Source of the DNA: Nostoc sp. PCC 7120 = FACHB-418
Lineage (GTDB): Bacteria; Cyanobacteriota; Cyanobacteriia; Cyanobacteriales; Nostocaceae
Length of the DNA: 32,000 nucleotides
Reading direction: 5' to 3'
Assembly (NCBI RefSeq): GCF_000009705.1
Contig: NC_003272.1
Coordinates: 4,980,001-5,012,000 of the forward strand
Of this stretch, positions 17,138 to 24,816 are shown piece after piece. How positions within the stretch are numbered: the stretch's first letter is position 1; every line of letters begins with the position of its first letter. The translations under genes were made by a program, and so were the position numbers. The notes under the pieces were generated by a model. It saw only the letters and a program-made list of their open reading frames with translations. It did no database searches and had not been told where the DNA came from.

Positions 17138-17902
17138 ATGTTTAAGAATTTGTTAGCGAGTGTTGGTATTGGCGCAGCTAAAGTAGATACACGGCTGTTC
17201 AACAATTCCGTCATTCCTGGGGGGATTCTAGAGGGTGAAGTCTATATTCGTGGTGGAGATGTAGCCCAGGACATACAGGATATTTACCTAAAACTTGCCA
17301 CTGAATATCAGCGAGAAGTCGATGACTCGACTGTGACTGAAGAATGCGTCATGGTGAATTATAGATTGTTAGAACACTTAACAATCCAGCCAAAAGAGGA
17401 AGTGGTGATTCCATTTTCACTCAACTTACCTGATGAAATGCCGCTTACCTTTGGTCACATTCCCGTATACGTCCGTACAGGTTTAGATATTAAATCGGCT
17501 ATTAACCCCAGAGATAGAGACTATCTAGAAGTTCGCACACATCCATTGATGCAAAGAGTACTGCTAGCAATAGAACACTTGGGCTTCCATCTCCACAAAG
17601 TCGATTGTGAATACACCCATTATTTTGGTGGTGCTTATCCCTTTGTGCAAGAGTTGGAGTTTCGTCCCACTGGAAAATATCGTCATTCCTTGGATGAATT
17701 GGAAGTAGTTTTCCGTTTGACAGCAGATCAGTTAGAAGTTTTGCTGGAGATTGATAAACGCGCCCGTGGTTGGAAGGGTTGGCTAGAAGAAGCTTTTGAT
17801 ATAGATGAGCGCTATGCGCGCTTGATTGTAAAACAATCAGATTTATATGAAACTGATGTAGAAGCGTTGATTGATCAGATAATTCAAAGTCATCTTAGTT
17901 AA
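17138..17902 (+). CDS. Spo0M-like sporulation-control family protein
   Basis: MFKNLLASVGIGAAKVDTRL...GGILEGEVYIRGG...QDIQDIYLKL is the Spo0M N-terminal arrestin-like signature. The track start 17078 is a GTG; I prefer ATG at 17138. Confidence 0.8.
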   Translation: MFKNLLASVGIGAAKVDTRLFNNSVIPGGILEGEVYIRGGDVAQDIQDIYLKLATEYQREVDDSTVTEECVMVNYRLLEHLTIQPKEEVVIPFSLNLPDEMPLTFGHIPVYVRTGLDIKSAINPRDRDYLEVRTHPLMQRVLLAIEHLGFHLHKVDCEYTHYFGGAYPFVQELEFRPTGKYRHSLDELEVVFRLTADQLEVLLEIDKRARGWKGWLEEAFDIDERYARLIVKQSDLYETDVEALIDQIIQSHLS

Positions 17903-17969
17903 CTTTTATTGCTAGTTTGACATAGCAAGGTCAACCAAATTCTTTGATTAAGAAAGGGGTGTAAGTGAT

Positions 17970-18155
17970 ATGAGCGAACATAATTTTACAGATAATTTGC
18001 GCTGGACATCAGAGGCCAAGACAAAGTTAAAAAATATTCCCTTTTTTGCGCGCTCTCAAGCCAAAGCAAGAATTGAGCAGTTAGCACGTCAAGCAGAACA
18101 GGATATAGTCACACCAGAGTTAGTAGAACAAGCCAGACTGGAATTTGGACAGTGA
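17970..18155 (+). CDS. small stand-alone PCP_red domain protein (ChlB C-terminal-like)
   Basis: 61 aa. [32 protein letters not shown] resembles the C-terminal domain of the protochlorophyllide reductase B subunit (W..eA...L..IPfFvR). Confidence 0.65.
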
Positions 18156-18241
18156 AGACAAAAAGCGGTGTAGATGTTCTTCCCGCTTGATTGCCATTGT
18201 GTGATGGCTTTGCTATCACACACTGCCACATAACACGTTGC

Positions 18242-18297
18242 GTTAGGCGCAGAGATGATTTTTTTTGTGACTAATCATATCGAAATCTGCACCTAAC
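18242..18297. other. extended imperfect hairpin between convergent genes
   Basis: GTTAGGCGCAGA (18242-18253) pairs with TCTGCACCTAAC (18286-18297) at 11 of 12 positions. An inner stem forms between GATGATT and AATCAT(A)TC, with a U-rich loop. Confidence 0.5.
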
Positions 18298-18358
18298 ACT
18301 ACAAAAATTTGATTTCTACTTTATAAATAACCTCTTAATTACAAATTACGCCTTATTA

Positions 18359-19195
18359 TTAACCGCCCACATTCATCGCTGTTAACATAGCCTTCTGCCC
18401 TACTTCTTTATACAGGGTTGCTAAATATTTCATGACTACATCACTAGGGTTTAAATTTGTTGAATTTTCTTCATCCTTTACTAGAGGAACTACTCCCAAT
18501 ACATCTAACACTGTTTCACCAGTTGAGGGAGCAATCACAACTAATGATGATTCGAGTGGTTCATTATATTGCCAGCAAGAATCTAATTTAATATTAGATT
18601 GAGTCCGAGGAATTTGCTGTTGAGTCTCAGATTTTGCTGTTATTTTAGTTTCTATTTTTGCATTACGTAATTGTCGTAAATCGCGGATAATTTTTTCTTT
18701 ATTACGTCCACGTAACTGAAACAAGACAAATGGATCTTCGCTAAATCTGTCTCCTAGTTGATAGTAGACTGCACCAACGTGTTTACAGGGGTTGGCTTTA
18801 TCAGGGCAGGAGCATTTACTATGGACATCAGACAAGGTGAAAGGAAATAATGAAAGCCCATTACTTGTAAATACTTCCTCAATATTTTGGGGCATTTCTC
18901 CTGCTAATAGCTTGGCAGCGAAAACAGCTTTTTGGGACATAGTTTCAATCACATAACCCCACTGCTCATCACTAAATGGATCAAGTGATAGGGATACTTT
19001 ATAAGGCTCCTCTTCACTACCCTGGACTCTAGCTAATACTTTTGCACCTTTAAACTCGATACTCAAAACATTACCTTGACGAGAATATATCCGCGCTCGT
19101 TCTAAACGTTTTTTGAAGCGATAAGAATCTAGTAAATCGAGCCATCTTTGTGACCACCATTCCCGGCTCGCTTGTAAAGTGTAAGTTGTCATCAT
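18359..19195 (-). CDS. SWIM zinc-finger family protein
   Basis: CSCPDKANPCKHVGAVYY is a CxC-x(n)-CxH SWIM motif. The N-terminal region is typical of SNF2-associated SWIM proteins. Confidence 0.8.
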   Translation of the reverse strand: MMTTYTLQASREWWSQRWLDLLDSYRFKKRLERARIYSRQGNVLSIEFKGAKVLARVQGSEEEPYKVSLSLDPFSDEQWGYVIETMSQKAVFAAKLLAGEMPQNIEEVFTSNGLSLFPFTLSDVHSKCSCPDKANPCKHVGAVYYQLGDRFSEDPFVLFQLRGRNKEKIIRDLRQLRNAKIETKITAKSETQQQIPRTQSNIKLDSCWQYNEPLESSLVVIAPSTGETVLDVLGVVPLVKDEENSTNLNPSDVVMKYLATLYKEVGQKAMLTAMNVGG

Positions 19196-19520
19196 TAAAT
19201 ATATGTAGTTTGCTTTCTATAGGGTATTACATCCGCCTTGCGCCTTAACCAAGTGCTTAGTCTGCTTCAAGTTACCATCACACTGCTATTTCAGGATGTC
19301 CGCGTCAAGTGCTAATGGTCGCAACTTTGAATAGCATCCTTGTACTTGTGTCAAATGTCTTATAAAATACATAGATTTTTGTCTATGATTAGTATTAACT
19401 TCTTCGATATATAAGAATTAATTAGAGTAGACATCGTTGATTTATTTTGATGGGTAATTCCTTTTTGATAGAGATAACGGTAAGCTAAGAAGAATATTAA
19501 GCAAAGATAAATTTGCCTTA

Positions 19521-19550
19521 TTTACAATAGCTGCAAGATAGCTGTATTAC
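19521..19550 (+). promoter_or_regulatory. candidate ndhF3 promoter TTTACA-N18-TATTAC, spacer filled by direct repeats ATAGCTG-CAAG-ATAGCTG
   Basis: Read by eye. The repeats are at 19527-19533 and 19538-19544, 11 nt apart centre to centre. The -10 lies about 66 nt upstream of the ATG. No TSS data are available to me. Confidence 0.3.
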
Positions 19551-19615
19551 TTCGGATTTACACAAGTTAACTCCGAAATACTTTAATTTTTTGTGACAAA
19601 TCTAGAGGTAAGTTC

Positions 19616-21478
19616 ATGGCTCAGTTTCTCCTTGAGACTGTTTGGCTAGTCCCTTTGTATGCTCTAATTGGCGGTCTGTTAGCCATACCTTGGTCGCCGG
19701 GGATCATTCGCAAAACGGGGCCAAGACCGGCTGGTTATGTAAATTTAATAATGACATTTTTGGCGTTGGTTCATAGTGCGATCGCCTTACAAGCAACTTG
19801 GAGTCATCCACCCCAAGAAGTATTTCTTCCTTGGCTATCTACTGCTGGTTTAGACCTCACCATTGCCATAGAAATTTCTTCTATAAGTGTAGGGGCAATG
19901 GTAGTCATTACTGGCTTAAATTTCCTTGCCCAAATTTTTGCTATTGGCTACATGGAAATGGATTGGGGGTTGGGACGCTTTTATTCATTGCTGGGATTAT
20001 TTGAAGCAGGGTTATGCGCTTTAGTCCTATGCAATAATCTATTTTTTAGTTATGTAATTCTGGAAATCCTCACATTAGGAACTTACTTATTAGTTGGTTT
20101 ATGGTTTAGTCAACCATTAGTAGTCAGTGGCGCGAGAGATGCTTTCTTAACCAAGCGAGTAGGAGACTTGTTCCTGCTAATGGGTGTATTGGGATTATGG
20201 CCGTTAGCGGGAACTTGGAATTATCCAGAGCTAGCCCAATGGGCGCAAACAGCGAACGTAGACCCCACAATTATTACACTAGTGGGTTTAGCCTTAGTTG
20301 CTGGGCCAATGGGTAAGTGCGCCCAATTCCCCTTACATCTGTGGTTAGATGAAGCGATGGAAGGCCCGATGCCGAGTACTATTTTACGGAACTCGGTAGT
20401 AGTTGCCAGTGGAGCATGGGTACTGATTAAACTCCAACCAGTGTTAACTCTATCGCCTGTAGTTTCCTCATTTATTGTGGCAATTGGTGCAGTCACAGCA
20501 ATTGGTGGTTCTTTAATTGCGATCGCCCAAATTGATGTTAAACGCTGCTTATCATATTCTGTTAGCGCTTACATGGGTTTGGTATTTATTGCTGTAGGCG
20601 CACGTCAAGATGAAGCTGCACTGTTATTGGTACTCACCCATGCAGTATCGGCGGCGTTATTGGTAATGAGTACTGGTGGGATTATTTGGAATAGCATTAC
20701 CCAAGATGTGACTCAACTAGGTGGACTGTGGTCACGTCGTCCTATTTCTGGGTTAGCTTTCATTGTTGGGACATTGGGCTTAATTGGATTTCCCCCTCTA
20801 GGCGGCTTTTGGGCATTACTGAAATTAGCTGATGGCTTATGGGGAACTCACCCTTGGTTAGTAGGAATTGTCATAGCTGTCAATGCTTTAACCGCTTTCA
20901 GTTTGGTGAGAGAATTTGGTTTAATTTTTGGTGGTAAAGCTAAACAGATGACTGAGCGATCGCCAGAAGTTCATTGGCCGATGGTATTACCAATGATGAT
21001 TTTATTTGGCTTTGTTCTTCACCTGCCTTTAATTTTGCAAGCCTTATCACTTTTACCTGATTGGGCAATCTTAAATAAAGATGTCGTCTTACTACTAATT
21101 TGGTCAACTATTTTCGGTTGTAGCATTAGCAGCGTCATTTATTTAAGTAACATCATTCCTAAACCAATTCGTCTGCCTTGGAAAGGTTTACAAGACCTAT
21201 TGGCATACGATTTTTATACCCCCAATCTGTACCGAATCACCATTATTTTCAGCGTTGCCCAACTTTCTAAATTTGCCGATATGATTGACCGTTTCGTAGT
21301 TGATGGTATCGTCAATTTTGTTGGTCTGTTCTCACTGTTAGGTGGTGAAGGTCTAAAATATAGTACTTCTGGACAAACTCAATTTTATGCCTTGACTGTT
21401 CTCTTAGGTGTAGGTGTTTTAGGGGCTTGGGTGACTTGGCCTTTCTGGGGATTCCAGTTTTTGGATTTGATGTTTTAA
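19616..21478 (+). CDS. ndhF3: NAD(P)H-quinone oxidoreductase subunit F, CO2-uptake type (NdhF3)
   Basis: 620 aa polytopic NuoL/NdhF family protein. The F3 subtype is assigned from the operon context with ndhD3 and cupA. Confidence 0.9.
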   Translation: MAQFLLETVWLVPLYALIGGLLAIPWSPGIIRKTGPRPAGYVNLIMTFLALVHSAIALQATWSHPPQEVFLPWLSTAGLDLTIAIEISSISVGAMVVITGLNFLAQIFAIGYMEMDWGLGRFYSLLGLFEAGLCALVLCNNLFFSYVILEILTLGTYLLVGLWFSQPLVVSGARDAFLTKRVGDLFLLMGVLGLWPLAGTWNYPELAQWAQTANVDPTIITLVGLALVAGPMGKCAQFPLHLWLDEAMEGPMPSTILRNSVVVASGAWVLIKLQPVLTLSPVVSSFIVAIGAVTAIGGSLIAIAQIDVKRCLSYSVSAYMGLVFIAVGARQDEAALLLVLTHAVSAALLVMSTGGIIWNSITQDVTQLGGLWSRRPISGLAFIVGTLGLIGFPPLGGFWALLKLADGLWGTHPWLVGIVIAVNALTAFSLVREFGLIFGGKAKQMTERSPEVHWPMVLPMMILFGFVLHLPLILQALSLLPDWAILNKDVVLLLIWSTIFGCSISSVIYLSNIIPKPIRLPWKGLQDLLAYDFYTPNLYRITIIFSVAQLSKFADMIDRFVVDGIVNFVGLFSLLGGEGLKYSTSGQTQFYALTVLLGVGVLGAWVTWPFWGFQFLDLMF

Positions 21479-21483
21479 GTAAT

Positions 21484-21531
21484 TTAGTCAGTTGTCAGTA
21501 GTCAGGTGTTAGGAGCAAGAATTAACACCTG
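21484..21531 (+). repeat. heptamer repeats (TTAGTCA GTTGTCA GTAGTCA GGTGTTA) merging into a 9-bp hairpin CAGGTGTTA-N11-TAACACCTG
   Basis: Read directly from the ndhF3-ndhD3 spacer. The hairpin is at 21503-21531. Confidence 0.55.
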
Positions 21532-21569
21532 GCTACTAAAAAATAAAATATTCTACTTACCCAAATATT

Positions 21570-23072
21570 ATGCTTAGTGTACTAATTTGGATACCAATTT
21601 TAAGCGCTATAGTTATCGGATTTTGGCCTAGTAATCCCAATCAATCTAGCCGTATCCGTCTAGTAGCATTAACTGTTGCAGCAATAGTATTAATCTGGAA
21701 TCTGTTTATTCTGTTTAAATTCGATATCAGCAATCCAGGGATGCAGTTTCAAGAGTATCTGCCTTGGAATGAGACTTTGGGTTTGAGTTATCAATTAGGT
21801 GTTGATGGATTATCAATTTTGATGTTGGTATTAAATAGCCTCCTCACCTGGATTGCTATTTATAGTAGCAGCAACAAAACAGAACGTCCTCGACTGTTTT
21901 ACTCAATGATTCTGTTAGTCAGTGGTGGAGTTGCAGGTGCTTTTCTCTCGGAAAACTTACTGTTATTCTTCCTATTTTACGAATTAGAATTAATCCCCTT
22001 CTATCTATTAATTTCCATTTGGGGAGGAGAAAAAAGAGCTTATGCTGGGATCAAATTCCTAATTTACACCGCCGTTTCTGGTGCTTTCATCCTCGCTACA
22101 TTCTTGGGCATGGTTTGGCTGACTGGTTCTACCAGTTTCGCCTTTGATGCTATCTCTACCCAAGGCTTATCCGCCGGAATGCAGTTTATTCTCCTGGTGG
22201 GCATCATCTTAGGCTTTGGAATTAAGATTCCCTTGGTTCCCTTCCACACTTGGTTACCTGATGCTTATGTAGAAGCTTCGGCACCAATTGCGATTCTTTT
22301 GGGTGGTGTGTTGGCTAAGTTGGGAACTTACGGACTCCTGCGATTTGGATTGGGGATGTTTCCCCAAACTTGGAGTACTGTTGCACCAACCTTGGCAATT
22401 TGGGGGGCAGTTAGTGCTATTTATGGGGCGGTGATTGCGATCGCTCAAAAAGACATCAAGCGCATGGTAGCATACAGTTCCATCGGTCACATGGGTTATG
22501 TTCTATTAGCTAGTGCTGCCAGCACATCTCTAGCCCTTGTTGGTGCTGTATCCCAAATGTTCAGCCACGGTTTGATTTTGGCGATACTCTTCCATTTGGT
22601 GGGAATAATAGAAGAAAAAGTTGGCACCAGGGAGTTAGATAAACTCAATGGTTTAATGAGTCCAATTCGCGGTTTACCCCTCATTAGTGCCTTACTAGTT
22701 CTCAGTGGCATGGCTAGCGCCGGTATTCCCGGTTTAACAGGATTTATTGCGGAATTTATTGTCTTTCAAGGCAGTTTTACCGCCTTCCCTTTATCTACTT
22801 TGTTGTGTGTGGCATCTAGCGGTTTAACGGCAGTTTATTTCGTTATTCTCCTCAATCGCACCTGTTTTGGCAGACTCGATAATAACCAAGCCTATTACGC
22901 CAAAGTCCTCTGGTCAGAGAAAACACCAGCCTTAATTCTGGCAGCCCTCATCATCTTTTTAGGGGTACAACCAACTTGGTTAGTGCGTTGGAGTGAACCC
23001 ACAACTACAGCAATGGTCGCAGCGATTCCTCCTGTGGAAAAAACCGTAATTTCTCAAGTTGTTTTGAAGTAG
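21570..23072 (+). CDS. ndhD3: NAD(P)H-quinone oxidoreductase subunit D, CO2-uptake type (NdhD3)
   Basis: 500 aa NuoM/NdhD family protein (FHTWLPDAYVEA, GHMGYV). The subtype is assigned from context. Confidence 0.9.
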   Translation: MLSVLIWIPILSAIVIGFWPSNPNQSSRIRLVALTVAAIVLIWNLFILFKFDISNPGMQFQEYLPWNETLGLSYQLGVDGLSILMLVLNSLLTWIAIYSSSNKTERPRLFYSMILLVSGGVAGAFLSENLLLFFLFYELELIPFYLLISIWGGEKRAYAGIKFLIYTAVSGAFILATFLGMVWLTGSTSFAFDAISTQGLSAGMQFILLVGIILGFGIKIPLVPFHTWLPDAYVEASAPIAILLGGVLAKLGTYGLLRFGLGMFPQTWSTVAPTLAIWGAVSAIYGAVIAIAQKDIKRMVAYSSIGHMGYVLLASAASTSLALVGAVSQMFSHGLILAILFHLVGIIEEKVGTRELDKLNGLMSPIRGLPLISALLVLSGMASAGIPGLTGFIAEFIVFQGSFTAFPLSTLLCVASSGLTAVYFVILLNRTCFGRLDNNQAYYAKVLWSEKTPALILAALIIFLGVQPTWLVRWSEPTTTAMVAAIPPVEKTVISQVVLK

Positions 23073-23077
23073 TCAAG

Positions 23078-23150
23078 TCGCTTCTCTACGAGACGCTACG
23101 CGTTAAGCGTTGGCGCAGCCTCTCCGACAGGAGAAGCTATGCCGCAGGCT
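23078..23150. repeat. GC-rich imperfectly palindromic dispersed-repeat-like element in the ndhD3-cupA spacer
   Basis: GCTTCTC (23080-86) pairs with GAGAAGC (23131-37). The interior, ACGAGACGCTACGCGTTAAGCGTTGGCGCAGCC, resembles the CGCTACGCG-type Nostoc intergenic repeats. Composition contrasts sharply with the flanks. Confidence 0.5.
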
Positions 23151-23159
23151 TTACACTCC

Positions 23160-23180
23160 AATTCAAAATTCAAAATTCGA
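23160..23180. repeat. heptamer tandem repeat AATTCAA AATTCAA AATTCGA
   Basis: Read directly from the sequence. Confidence 0.7.
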
Positions 23181-23291
23181 GATTATTTCCATTCTTCCTA
23201 ACAGAATTTTGCATTTTGAGTTCAAAAAAGGTCAACCAGAGAATTACTTAAAACCCAAATCTGACTAAGCAACCTTCTTGAAGATGAGGAA

Positions 23292-24620
23292 ATGAAAATG
23301 GTACAAACTCCAGAAAAACCTACTACCAAAATCCCTCCATCTCAGCATGAATTTGCTGATATAATTTATCGCCTAGAAGCAGGCGGTTCGATGTTGCCAG
23401 ATACGCCCGAAAACCTAATGCAAATCATCGGCATATATAAGGCTTATGCTGTACCGATGGATTTTTACTGGCGTGACCTACTTTATATTGCTGAACAGGT
23501 ATTTTTAAATCCATTTCCCTTTTTTAAATACTTCATTTCCCAAGAATATTTAGATTTACATAATCATTATGCTGGTGATGATGCTGATTTAAGAATTTGG
23601 CGTGGTGTCGCTACAGCCCATCCAGAACTTTTGGCATTTATGGAGAAGGGTGAAACCTTCAAAATGCCAAAACTATTGCATCATTTGTTGCACGATCGCA
23701 TTAACATGGAATTTGCTGAAGCTTGTATGCAGGCTATGCTTTGGCACCGTAAGATGTATGCGCCAGTTAATCAATTTGATGCTTATTTAGACTCAGAAGA
23801 ATATAAAGCTAACGCTGATAGAGCAATTAAAGCTTATTTTCAAGGCAACCCAGTCATGTTGGGGCTTTATAAGCTGTTCCCTGATATGTTCTTGGAACAG
23901 TGCCGCCAGATGTCCTACTACTCTAACCTGGGTTTATTCTGGGAAGTCATGGCCCCGGTGTTCTTTGAAATGTCGGATATCTACGATGAAGGTGGCTTCA
24001 AGGGTGTCCCAGATGCGATGAACTTTTTGGTGAATGGCATATTTGCGATCGCAGGCCGGCCGATTTACCATCATGTATATATCCGTGGTGAATGCTACGA
24101 AATCATTCCTAAATCCAAAGGTTTCACCTGGCTATACGAAGCTGCATTACCCTATGTAGAAGCCGTTTTCTATCGCACAGCCCCATTCCGTGGGACTAAA
24201 TCTTACAACGCCCAAGCTGGTCAAGTACCTGCTGACCAAAAAGACTTCCACTACGGTATTCTCTACGCTGACGTATTTCCTGTAGGAACTGCGGGTATTC
24301 CTCCCACATTACTCATGCAAGATATGTTGCACTTCCTACCACAATATCTTGTTGATTACTACAAAAAATATTGTCGTGGGGAAGAAGATATGTTGATTCA
24401 GTTAGGAATTACTTTCCAACGTTCAATGTACAACGTTACCTCTGCCGTAATTCAAGCATTAAGAACTGCACTTTTATATCCTTTAGACGATCCTAATCCC
24501 AAACACTTGCAAGCCAACCGTGATTTTTTTGAAGCACAGCTAAATCGTTTTACTCGCTCAGAATATGGTATGCGTGACGCTGCTCGTCTGCGGAGTATTC
24601 AAGATCAAGATTATCGATAG
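23292..24620 (+). CDS. cupA: CO2 hydration protein CupA (ChpY) of NDH-1MS
   Basis: About 440 aa soluble protein directly downstream of ndhF3-ndhD3. The size and the conserved YWRDLLYIAEQVF / HHLLHDRINMEFAE regions fit ChpY. GAGGAA spacing favours ATG at 23298 as the start. Confidence 0.88.
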   Translation: MKMVQTPEKPTTKIPPSQHEFADIIYRLEAGGSMLPDTPENLMQIIGIYKAYAVPMDFYWRDLLYIAEQVFLNPFPFFKYFISQEYLDLHNHYAGDDADLRIWRGVATAHPELLAFMEKGETFKMPKLLHHLLHDRINMEFAEACMQAMLWHRKMYAPVNQFDAYLDSEEYKANADRAIKAYFQGNPVMLGLYKLFPDMFLEQCRQMSYYSNLGLFWEVMAPVFFEMSDIYDEGGFKGVPDAMNFLVNGIFAIAGRPIYHHVYIRGECYEIIPKSKGFTWLYEAALPYVEAVFYRTAPFRGTKSYNAQAGQVPADQKDFHYGILYADVFPVGTAGIPPTLLMQDMLHFLPQYLVDYYKKYCRGEEDMLIQLGITFQRSMYNVTSAVIQALRTALLYPLDDPNPKHLQANRDFFEAQLNRFTRSEYGMRDAARLRSIQDQDYR

Positions 24621-24687
24621 AATATTAACCCAGCAACTGCAATTTCATCATCCAAATCCCTGGCTTTTCTATTTAGCATTAATTGTT

Positions 24688-24725
24688 GTAGAGACGTTGT
24701 ATAAAACGTCTCTACTGTATTTATG
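24688..24725 (+). terminator. perfect 10-bp hairpin GTAGAGACGT-N8-ACGTCTCTAC after cupA
   Basis: 68 nt after the cupA stop, followed by TGTATTTAT. The stem sequence is also a common Nostoc palindromic repeat type. Confidence 0.6.
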
Positions 24726-24816
24726 GAGTGCAGATCATAACGCTATATCTGCAATTTCGCTTAGATAATATTTTGTCTATTTGAATGCTAAGTTCAGAAA
24801 AAAATAAATAGTAGAT

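Noticed and set aside
19798-22711. Short ORFs inside ndhF3 and ndhD3 (19798..20004, 20221..20496, 22064..22249, 22254..22490, 22496..22711)
   Set aside because: They are out-of-frame or antisense within long, well-supported membrane-subunit genes.
24565-24768. 67-aa ORF considered as a possible cupS
   Set aside because: It overlaps the 3' end of cupA out of frame, runs through the 10-bp terminator hairpin, and has no SD or credible protein features.
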